DNA of 63,042 nt, filler included, from Welwitschia mirabilis (lineage: Eukaryota), in the NCBI GenBank assembly GCA_051453625.1. It is 6 parts of one record of this genome, joined end to end, with 100 filler letters (N's around TTAATTAATTAA, not from the genome) between each part and the next. Parts side by side here need not be neighbours in the genome. Positions count along the whole stretch, not along the records: positions 15,393 to 43,398 come from JBOZIK010000001.1; 5 more parts are not named here. One strand, 5' to 3'. Positions within the stretch are counted from its first letter, which is position 1. The number at the start of each line of letters is the position of its first letter. The position numbers were made by a program, and so were the translations under genes. Below the pieces are notes generated by a model. It saw nothing but the letters and a program-made list of their open reading frames with translations. It had not been told where the DNA came from and made no database searches. Below, piece by piece: positions 26,543 through 38,500 of the stretch.

Positions 26543-28876
26543 TATCTCCCACTTAGCCTTTATCANNNNNNNNNNNNNNNNNNNNNNNNNNNNNNNNNNN
26601 NNNNNNNNNNNNNNNNNNNNNNNNNNNNNNNNNNNNNNNNNNNNNNNNNNNNNNNNNNNNNNNNNTGCTAAGAATTAAAGATTTTTGAGATCTTTCATTG
26701 ATTCTCAAAAATCCTTAGAATTGCATCTAAACCTATATAAATGTCTTACAAAATAGCTCATAAAACCCCATCAAATACACACAAATTGGTAGTGCATCAT
26801 AGCTTTCACTTAGCCTTTATCAGTCCTTGATAAAACCTAGGTAAAAAACCATGAATGTGAGCCAATTTATTTTTAAAAAAATCAACCTAGAAATTATAAA
26901 ACAGGCTCATCATATAGCAAAATAATAAATTATACATCATTTTTATAATAATTTTAAAATTATGTCACATGAAAGCTTTTAAATAACTTGAAAAGTTTAT
27001 GAAAAACAATCCATGAAAATGGGTCCTACCCATTGCTTTAACCTCTAAGAAAAATAATATGTCCCATATTGGTTAATAAAGTAAAGAAAGCAAATGGAAA
27101 TGAGAAGGTAGATGATGGGTGTTCTTGAATTTGAATAATTTTCTAAATTAAGTGCAAAACTGAGTAAAGAAATATCATATTTGAAAAAGTATAGATATAT
27201 GAAATATTTTGATAAGAAAAGAAAATGTTTTGTTACAAAATGATTATGAGAAGTGTTAAGAACTCCAAAAGACTAAAAAGAAACATCATGAAATTATTAA
27301 GAAAATTCAACTCTTTATTGAAAAGTAGGTAAGGAAATCATTAAATGTTAAGGTCCTCAAGTGATAAGAAAATACAGAAATGACTTTGAAATAACTAACT
27401 GAATAATAAAATAAAATAAAATAAAGGACATAAGGCAACATAAAGAAGATAGCCTACCTACCTAAAATTTTAATCTAGTAAGCCCTTGTGAAAGAAATCA
27501 TAACATCACTTGACTTTAAAATGCATGACTTGATGTATAAAAAATTCCATTCGNNNNNNNNNNNNNNNNNNNNNNNNNNNNNNNNNNNNNNNNNNNNNNN
27601 NNNNNNNNNNNNNNNNNNNNNNNNNNNNNNNNNNNNNNNNNNNNNNNNNNNNNNNNNNNNNNNNNNNNNNNNNNNNNNNNNNNNNNNNNNNNNNNNNNNN
27701 NNNNNNNNNNNNNNNNNNNNNNNNNNNNNNNNNNNNNNNNNNNNNNNNNNNNNNNNNNNNNNNNNNNNNNNNNNNNNNNNNNNNNNNNNNNNNNNNNNNN
27801 NNNNNNNNNNNNNNNNNNNNNNNNNNNNNNNNNNNNNNNNNNNNNNNNNNNNNNNNNNNNNNNNNNNNNNNNNNNNNNNNNNNNNNNNNNNNNNNNNNNN
27901 NNNNNNNNNNNNNNNNNNNNNNNNNNNNNNNNNNNNNNNNNNNNNNNNNNNNNNNNNNNNNNNNNNNNNNNNNNNNNNNNNNNNNNNNNNNNNNNNNNNN
28001 NNNNNNNNNNNNNNNNNNNNNNNNNNNNNNNNNNNNNNATCATTGAGAAAAACATCAAAAATAAAGCATCTTCCTTCAAACTAAAGTTCATAGATGTGTA
28101 AATGTCTTAACATTGAGTGAATTCAATCTTATCACTATAAGATGTCTAAGTCAAAAGATTAGTTATGAAAATAAATACATAAATCACATTTGAAAGATGA
28201 TTAAGTAACATCATAATGACCTATGAAGGAAAAAGATAAGAGAAAATTCAAAAGGTTGCTCATATAATTCCAACCTTTGTACATTCACTTTCTAAATTTC
28301 TTAAGTGATTAAGTCAAAAATATTAACAGAGCCATTAGAATGTACTGTCTTAAAAGGAAAGGATCTAAACATAGATTTTATTTCTTAAAATACACAGTCA
28401 AAAACATAAAAGTATGAAAGCAAAAAGAAAACACAAAGAAAGTGAATCTTATTTAAATCCTAAAATATAATTACACTTCTATTGAAAATAAATAAAAAGG
28501 AAAGGATTTGTTTTAATGATCTAAGGATATTGCATTCTTTCAAAGAAATAAGGCCCAAACCAAATGTTTATCAATTGATAAAACATAAAATATATACAAT
28601 TATTTTTAAGTAAAATAAATTGAAAGAAGAGAGGAATAGCAGATAAATCTTTATGAGACCTCAAAAGCACATGAATTTTGGAAGTTAAAAGGGAGATTAA
28701 TGTTAACTCTATAAAAGATTTTCATTAATTATAAGAGTTTTATTTTAATTATTACAAAGAAAAATATGTTCTAGTCCACTAGGAAGGTTTTTTAGATCCA
28801 AATTCAAATTATGATTTTCAGTTTCTAACTCATGTAGTAGATAATCCCCCTCAATGTATGAGTTTTTATTTAATAG

Positions 28877-31800
28877 TTAGAATTCTTTGCAATCTAATGG
28901 TTTTATTTCTTTTTTATTTTGATCTAAAAATTCATGCTCAAAGTTTAATGAATTAATAGATTCTAAGTTTTTAGTCTCAAGTGGATCAACATAAAGTATA
29001 GGCTCATGTAATGTTGAGCCTATTTCTTTAAGGGAATGATTTTGAAGAAATAAGGTTAATTTGAAATTATATTCTAAGTCCATTTTATTACCTAGGTCTT
29101 TCTCAGCTGCATCAAAAACTCTAATTGTAAATGTTTTATTTCCTAGGTTACACTTCATCATTCTAGTTATTGTGTCAATAATGTAGTGGGATGTTACATA
29201 GAAGGCTCATACTAAAAGTAATGGGTATATTTTATTTTGTTTGACTTCTATGATAATTACATCTATTTGGTAGTAGACCTTTTCAATTTAGATCACTAAA
29301 TCTTTAATAACCCATAAGGATTTATTAACTAAAGTGTCTACTAACTCTACGAGAATCTAAGTAGACTCTATTCTACCTTCTAAACCAAGTCTTTTGCAAA
29401 TGTGTAGTGGCATGATATTAACACTCACTCTAATGTCTATTAAAGATTTCCTGATCTTTTTGTTTCCCTCTAACATGACATTCACCATTGCTGCTCATGA
29501 ATGTTTAAATTTTAAAGAATTTTGTAATACTAAATTTGTGAGGGATTGAGCTAAAAAGACTCTACTAGAAAAATCTCATTTTCATTTTCTTCTTTTTAAA
29601 TATTTCCATTTCCATAGCTTTGAGTATCCTAGATTTTATTGTAATATTTCTAGAAGAATAAGTTTATGCTTATACCTTTTATTAATACTTTAAGATGTTC
29701 ATTGAAAGTTGAATCAAAATTAAGCCTATCAAGCCAAGGGGTAGTTAGTTGCTTTTGTGAAGAATTTTTCTTTTTATTTTTATCAAGATAATGGAAGTTA
29801 TAATCTTCTAATATTTTAAAGTCCTCTTCTTCATCATTTCTAATGTCATCTTAGAAGGTTGATTCTTCATAAGGAGGAGGGTTTATTTCTTAACCACTTT
29901 GTATTACAATCTTATAATCTCTTCTCATTTTATTAGGGTTTGGTAAAGGTTTTGTATCTAATGTTCCTTATGATTTTTGGTTTACTAACATGGTTTGTTG
30001 AAGGACATTTACTAAGTTTTCAATGATTGGCATTTTGTTTCTCTTGTAATTTCATAATGTTAACAATAGAGTTTTGAAGAGAATCATCTTGATATTTGAA
30101 ATTTAAAGGATTTATTTTAAAATTTAAATTTTTGAATTGATTTTTAAAAGATTAAAAATTCTGGTAAAAATGTGTATTTAACTTAGGTTGTACTTAATTT
30201 TAATATCTAAAGTTTTAAAATGTTTGATTGAATGCATAAACTTCTTCTCATATTTTCTCTTTGTATGTTAGTAATAATGGACAATTTTTATTAATGTGGT
30301 AATTATTCTCACATAAATCACATGTTGGTATAACATTATTCTTCGTTGCTGATTTGGAATCTAAGATCATTTTAGTATACTTCTCTAGAGTTGTTGTGAA
30401 ATTTCTAATTAGATTTACAAGGTTGTCTTCTACCTATTTTTTGTTTAACTTCGTTTAAATCTTTGAGGATTTCTCCTATAGTATGGTTATTTTTTTATGT
30501 TAGCCAAGTTTGGCTTACAGACAAAAGTTCCTCTAATTTTTTCTAAGAATTTTCTAATGTAAGGTTTATAATTTTTATACCACAAGATAACTCTACAAGT
30601 CATTTTATGTGGTGGTTTAGACTACTATAAAAGTAGTTAAATAATTCTTCTTATAAAAACGCATCTACTGGATTAGAGTGAATGGCAATAAAGAAACATT
30701 TTTATGTGGAAGTGTAATCCTCATTCGATTGTTGTTAAAAATTCATTACTTCCTTTTTCCTTTTTCTAACTATTTCTTCACTCAGTAATCTTTTACTAAA
30801 AGCCTCTTAGACTTGATTCTAATANNNNNNNNNNNNNNNNNNNNNNNNNNNNNNNNNNNNNNNNNNNNNNNNNNNNNNNNNNNNNNNNNNNNNNNNNNNN
30901 NNNNNNNNNNNNNNNNNNNNNNNNTGTTGGAAATTTAATGGATTTATTTTAAAGTTTGAATTTTTGAATCGATTTTTAAAAGATTAAAACATTCTTGTAA
31001 AAATGTGTATTCAACCTAGGTTGTACTTAATTTTAATATCTAAAGTTTTGAAATGTTTGATTGAATGCATAAACTTCTTTACATATTTTCTCTTTGTATG
31101 TTAGTAATAATGGACAATCTTTATTAATGTGGTAATTATTCTCACATAAATCACATGTTGGTATAACATTATTCTCATTTGCTGATTTGGAATCTAAGAT
31201 TATTTTAGTATACTCCTCCAGAGGAGTTGTGAAATTTCTAATTAGATTTGCAAGGTTGTCTTCTACCTATTTTTTGTTTAACTTCTTTTAAATCTTTGAG
31301 GATTTCTCCTATAGTATTGTTATTTTTTTATGTTGGCCAAGTTTGGCTTACAGCCAAAAGTTCCTCTAATTTTTTCTAAGCATTTTCTAATGTAAGGTTT
31401 ATAATTTTTATACCACAAGAGAACTATATAAGTCATTTTGTGTGGTGGTTTAGACTACCATAAAAGTAGTTAACTAATTCTTCTTATAAAAAAGCATCTA
31501 CTAGATTAGAGTGAATGGCAATAAAGAAACATTTTATGTGGAAGTGTAATTCTCATTCGATTGTTGTTAAAAATTTATTACTTCCTTTTTCCTTTTTCTA
31601 ACTATTTCTTTACTTAGGAATCTTTTAATAAAAGCCTCTTAGACTTGATTATAATACTTTAAACTTCCATGGGATATGGTTTTTAGCTAATTTTTAGCTC
31701 TTACCTTCAATGTCATAGGAAATATTACCATGTATGTTCTATCACTAATCCTCTTTTTCCATTTTTGGAGGTATGAATTCATTTTTCTATGTCCATAATG

Positions 31801-31967
31801 TATTGGAGGAGATCCTCATTGCATTTATCACTAAAGATTGGATAGGAATTTAGGTTCTATAACTCAAAATCATCTTATAGGGGTAAATCTAAAGGAGTTT
31901 AAATTTTCATTTCCCATTTGCTAGTAATTCCCTTAAGGTAAGATTTACATTAGGACCAAGGGTTGAA
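28877..31967 (-). pseudogene. gag: Athila-like gag-protease pseudogene
   Basis: LTLRELLA, PIFSDKCNEDL, YFYGSLN and protease SLIDIRVSVNIMP are present, plus the PR C-terminus MMKCNLGNKTFTIRVF (ORF 28877-29161). Bases 30100-30824 are duplicated at 30925-31655. Confidence 0.85.
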
Positions 31968-32649
31968 NNNNNNNNNNNNNNNNNNNNNNNNNNNNNNNNN
32001 NNNNNNNNNNNNNNNNNNNNNNNNNNNNNNNNNNNNNNNNNNNNNNNNNNNNNNNNNNNNNNNNNNNNNNNNNNNNNNNNNNNNNNNNNNNNNNNNNNNN
32101 NNNNNNNNNNNNNNNNNNNNNNNNNNNNNNNNNNNNNNNNNNNNNNNNNNNNNNNNNNNNNNNNNNNNNNNNNNNNNNNNNNNNNNNNNNNNNNNNNNNN
32201 NNNNNNNNNNNNNNNNNNNNNNNNNNNNNNNNNNNNNNNNNNNNNNNNNNNNNNNNNNNNNNNNNNNNNNNNNNNNNNNNNNNNNNNNNNNNNNNNNNNN
32301 NNNNNNNNNNNNNNNNNNNNNNNNNNNNNNNNNNNNNNNNNNNNNNNNNNNNNNNNNNNNNNNAAAGAAGATAACAAAGACTGATTATTATTATGCTAAT
32401 AGAAAACCAAAATCTAAAAACACAAACTAAAATCATAGACTATTGTCCTAGCTATTATGGGAACGATAGAGGAGATGTGATTATTTTACTACTAAAACTA
32501 AAAAACTGCAAATAGAAAATAAAACCTATGATTTCTAATTAAAGTAAATGTCTCTACAGATAAATAACTAAATGAAAATCCAATGTACTCACCTGAATGA
32601 TGACAATAATCATGCTCCTCAGTAGTCTTTCCCAGAGATAACACCAATT

Positions 32650-33752
32650 TATTGCTATACATATTTATGTGCACTCTAGTATGAATGGAAGTGATCCAAA
32701 TGTCATATTTTATTAAAGAATTATGAGAGGAGAATAAGGATTAAATTTCAATAAAGTAAAGTAATCAAAATTAAATAATAAATGTAGTAAATAAAGATAT
32801 AATACAAATAAAAATACAACTAAATCTAAATGCAATGCAAAACAAATCTAAACTATTTTATTTTAGCCTTAAGAAAGACTACCCTTAAGATCTATATCAC
32901 CAATGAAACTATAATTAGATCAAGGAATCAACATCTAATAAAACTGAATACATAAATAAAAATATAGTTTTATATTAAAAGGAATAAACATTTGGGTTAC
33001 AAAATAGTTGATCCTTAATAGTGAATGCATAGTCGTTTACTAAGGAAATATCTTTCTGCAACTTTTGAGATGGATCTCTTGCCCTTCAATCTCCTATCAT
33101 AAGAATTTTTGGTGCATTAAATATAAAAAGGAGATCAAAGGAGGTTTTATTTATAAGGTTACAAAATGAAACTGACACACAGAAGACACTATTAAATGTG
33201 CTCCATTACAAAAAATAGATGGATAAAATGGACAAAAGTTGGCTAGCAGTTATAACTATCATCTTGACTATCATCCTAATGACTATGGGAATGATAGTCT
33301 TTTATAAAACATAACTCAATAGTGCCAGCTCAGCATCCATGTCAACATCTAATGTGGCATGAATAGTGTTGTCATCCTAGCTATCGTGGAAATAACAAAG
33401 GGAATGACAATCTTCTTTATCATCTAAGTGAGAAGAAACTAGCATTTTACATCAATAATCCAATGTAGCATGGATAGTATCATCATCCTAGCTATTGTGG
33501 GAATGACAAAGGGAATGACAGTTTTCTTTACCATCTAAGTGAGGCAAAACTAGCTTTTTCCATTAATAATCTTTCTTCAAAGCTACGTATATTAGAATGT
33601 GCCTTAAATGCCTTAAATCTTGATAATAATTACACATTTCTAAGATCTTCCATTGATTTTCCAAAATCCTCAAAATTACATCTAAACCTATATAAATGTC
33701 TTGTAAAATAGCTCATAAAATTCCATTAAATACACACAAATTGATAGCACAT
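32650..33752 (-). repeat. 5' LTR of element C
   Basis: It starts tattgctatacatatttatg (the family terminus TGTTGCAGTGCATATTTATG) immediately after the PBS and has an internal duplication of about 112 bp. Confidence 0.75.
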
Positions 33753-35599
33753 AAAAGTTTAAGGAGGAAGCTTGAATTCTTGAGATTGGAGCTCTTCATC
33801 AAATGTTAGGATCTATGTAAGTATCTTAAAACATTAAATTTCATTAAGAAATAATTTAGAACTTTAATTTGGATTAAAAAATTCTTGGTGATTTGTAAAT
33901 ATTTCTTCAAGAAGTCCTTTTCATTTCATAGAAAAGATGGAATCATTTTTTGTTAAAAATCATTAGTTTCCTTTAAAAAAATAAATTATTTAATTTATAA
34001 TCCTTTAAAATTCAAAAAATGGTAAAATTTTATTTCTAATTGAAAAAACATTATTTCAAAAGGAGAAGAGTTTTTCTAATTTTTAGGTTCAAGATAATTA
34101 TGTTTTCTTTTCTTTATTTTTCTTTTTTAAAATGGCTTTCAAAGAATTTTAATTTTAAATTAATTTTATATTTTTAAAGTTATAAATGAATTGTATTAAA
34201 TATAAATTAAATTTTAATTGATCAATCTCAAGACATCACCTAAACGTATCAGATGAGGTAAAGGTAGGGGAAATAATAGTAGACAACCTAAGTGGATTAG
34301 AAATATCTCTTCTACTGACTTACAATGTTTATTATTTTGCCCTAAACTCAATTGAAGAAAAAATATCTTTTAAAATTTAGATTAAAAAAGCATTTCTACT
34401 AAACTTATGAATTTACAACAATAATTTTAAAATTAGAAAATCATTAATGAAATTACCTTGTAACTAGAAGATTAAACAAAATTTTTATCTAACTTTGTCA
34501 ATAATACTTTTCAATTAAGATAAAAAGTCCCTACCAAATTTGATCAAAGAGATTTAACAAGTTTTATAGTAAAGACCTAGATATATCTTCTAATTCCCAA
34601 GTTTGTAGGGAGGTAGTTAGCCCATTTTCAAACTTAGAAGCGAGTCCTTTTAAGAAACTAAAAAATTTGAAACCATTAGATTTTACTACAAAACATTAAG
34701 TTGAACTAAGATTTATCTAGTTAAGAAATCATTAGAACTTACTTCTATCCAATCTTAATACTTATTCAAATTTCAAAAACTTCTAGTCAACATGAATAGA
34801 AAATCACAAAGTAGATTCATAACTTTAAAGGAAGTGATTAAATATGCAAATATTATAGAAAATGTCTTATATATAACCTTGTAAGAAGTATTTTTACCTT
34901 ATCCTCTAGTGGGACTATCTTTCATGATGTAAAGTATTGAATTTGAATTAGGAAGGCAAAGAGAAGAGAAGAAAGTTTAGGATCCAACATCATAGCCATA
35001 AAAATTATAAATGCCAAGAATCTTATGGTAATCTATAAATTGATGAAGTGATAAAATGTATGAAATCAATGCATCTTTAATTAAGTTAAGTGATGAAATG
35101 ATAAATTACTAGAAAATAATGCAAAATTAAAAACCTTAATTCATAATGAAAAATGTTAATATTTTATGTAATCTAAAAAATAATCATATTTCTTATTTGA
35201 ATGCAATCTCATGTCATATTTTCACATCTACATTTCCGTTAATATGACCTACGGAAACTCCTATAAATTATAGATAACAAGTAAGTTAGAGTTAATCCAC
35301 AATTCAAGCATATTAGGGTATAATAACAATAAGTAAATCTTTGTTGATACTAATGCAATATTTTACTAAAAGAAATTCAATTATACTTACATGAAACAAC
35401 AAATTCCTTTACATTTCTTAACTACATTATAACTAGAATATATAATTATTTCATGACCTATGTAATCAAATCAAGTTAGAGCTCCTCTAATGACTCTATT
35501 TTATTTTGAAAACTCAAAATCACCAAATATGAATAATATAGCCCAACATGAATAAATATTGAATGATCTTAGCTTCTAATGTGGATAAACCTTATGATG

Positions 35600-38500
35600 T
35601 ATCCTTAATGTCTTCACTAGAACCAAATCTTAAAGTTTATAATGTGTAACTCTTATTATTGTTTTATGGTACTGATGTTGAAGATCCAATGATACATTTA
35701 ATTAAGTCTAAAAATGTGTTGGAATTTGTAGCATTTATAGCTACTGATAGAACTAAGATGATTACTTTTAGAACCATTTTAAAAGAAAAAGCCAACTTTT
35801 GATTGCAAACAATACAAAATTCAATTGGATCTTGGAAGGAATCTAAAAATACTTTTATGAAAGAGTTCCTTTTTAATGATAAACTATATAATTTGAGAAA
35901 TAACTTAATGAGTTTTCAAAAAAAAGAAAGTTGAATATTATGAGAAATATTGTTGAGGTTTTTTATGTTATGCTAAAAGAACCCTCATCATAGGTTTTCA
36001 TCACATAAAGTTATTTACATATTTACTAAATGATTAAACAAATACATAATTAGAATTTAGACTTTTTGATAGATGATAACGTAATTAACTAAAACACCTC
36101 AATAATCTTGTAAAATATTAGAAGCATTACTTGATCAAAGAAATAGATGGCTAACTAAGCCAACTAAACAAGACACATTTTCTTAAGAGAAATCAATACT
36201 GGTTAAAAATATGGGATACATGATGTATAAATTAATGGTTATCATAATGATCTAACAATCTCAATAATATCTTTTACCATTGACATCAGTTATAGGAAAA
36301 TAAACTATAACACCATCATAGTCTACTCAAACTATTATAAATGAACCTTAACCTAAACCAAGTTTGATGATTGTGTGAAATTTTGAGTTATGTGTTATTT
36401 ATAAAAAAAAAAAAAGAAAATCAAGATCAAGCTTGTGGAGATTAGCAATATGCACTTGATTTTACAAAAGAAATAATAGTAGTGTTACAAGAAAACATTT
36501 CTTTTACTTTTTCAAATTTCATTACACCTAGATAAGTAAACCTCTTAATAATTAAAGATTTCAATGAAAATAATAACCATTATAAAAAATACCATCATAT
36601 CCATCAAATACATGTATAAACCTCAAATTCCAATAATGCCATGGAAATTTAGGATTTATGCAATTTATCAATAATATATTATGACTCAAGATGAATCTAA
36701 TGAATAAAATGATTAGAAACATGTACTGAATGCTTATAGACTTTATGTAGAGATAATAACCAAGATTACCTTTACAATAAAAGCTAAATTCTATCAATAA
36801 CTATCATGAACAAAGTCCATCCATAATGACCTAAAGTGAAAAAGTTCAAAATTATTAATAAATATTCAATCTTTAAGAAAGAAGAATAAAAATTTATTAA
36901 CATTAGAAGTAATAATCAAAGAAATAACTAAAGATGCAACTACTAATAAGAAAGCTAAATTAGTAGAAATATCTAAAGAAGAAGATTCATCCACTTCTCA
37001 TCTAGTATAAGTATTAGAAATACCAACACCTACACCACTTTTTTCAATAAGATTAAAAGAGAACATTAGGAATGATATAAATCTTACTCTAAATTTTGAA
37101 GAAGTGGAGTTAAAGATACCTTTGATGCATGCTATTAGAGATACTCCTCTTACTTCAAATACATTAAGAAAAATGAAAAGGAAATTCACATTGCAAAATA
37201 TCCATTTAACAAAGAACATAACTTAAATAATTATGTAGAACATTTCTTCTAAGTTTAAGGATCCTAGATCACCAACTATTCTAGTAATCATTAATAAGAA
37301 AAGAATGACTTATGCCTTATTATGTTTATACACAGTGTTAATATCATGTTTTTTTATTTATGTAAAACTTTGGATTGAGTAAAAGTTTTTAAAACCAACA
37401 TGATTCTATCATTAGGATATTGTTCTATTACAAATCTAAAAGGAATTATTAAAAATATATTATTTCAAGTAGACCAAAGTATATACCCTATAGATTTTAT
37501 AATTCTAGATATTAATGAAAATGTTTTATGTTAATTATTTTAAAAATATCTTGGTTAAATATGAGAAATGGTATAATTCATTATTAAACTAGACTACACA
37601 ATTAAAGTTTGTAAATTTTAAAATAAACATTGAAAATTTTAATTCTTTTGAACATGAGGAAGAGGGAAAACATAGATAGAAAACAAGATTCATTAATATA
37701 GATACCAAATACATTCTCATTAAATACTCTTTCTAATTAGTATTATAAAATGAGCATGAAAACCTTCTAGACATAGATGATCAACATGTGAAAGTTAAGA
37801 AAATTAAAGAACTAAATCTTTTTGAACTACAAGATAATTAAAACATCATCATAGAAAATGAATTTTAAGAAATATTGGTGCTTAAATAACTACCATCCAC
37901 TCTAAAGTACATTTTTCATAATGTATAAAAAGAAAAGCTACTAATCATTAGTAATGATCTAAATCCTAGACAAGAGAACAAGTGATTCAAAATATTAAAT
38001 AAAATAAGGAATCCTTCACATGGTCACATAAAGATTTTGAAAAATAAATCTCACTAGCTTTGGTAATGTAACAAATTTACCTATAAGAGAATTTAAAACT
38101 AACCAAGTAACATCCTTATTGTTTTAACCCTATATTACTAAAGAGAGTTAATACTGAGGTCCATAAGTTATGAAAAACAAGTATTATATATCTAATGATA
38201 GGTAATAAGTGGCTAACTCTAATTGTAGTAGTGTCAAAGAAGAATGGTAAATGACAAGTTTGCATTTACTTCAAGAATTTAAAAAAATGTATAAAAAAGG
38301 GTCACTTTCCCATATCAAACATTAATAAAATCCTTAAAAATCTCTAGGGGTATTAATACTATTACTTATTGGGATAATTTAGTGGTTATAACTCAATTGC
38401 TATAATATCTACAGATTACTAAAAAATAATATTTACTTTACTATTTNNNNNNNNNNNNNNNNNNNNNNNNNNNNNNNNNNNNNNNNNNNNACCTTTACTT

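Larger units (their letters stand above)
25830..33752 (-). mobile_element. Element C: two-LTR non-autonomous Athila-like element encoding only gag and protease (TR-GAG-like)
   Basis: 5' LTR at 32650-33752; PBS tcccagagataacaccaat at 32630-32648; gag-PR at 28877-31967; PPT ctcccacttagcc at about 26546-26558; truncated 3' LTR at 25830-26542, alignable to 32960-33752. Confidence 0.8.
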
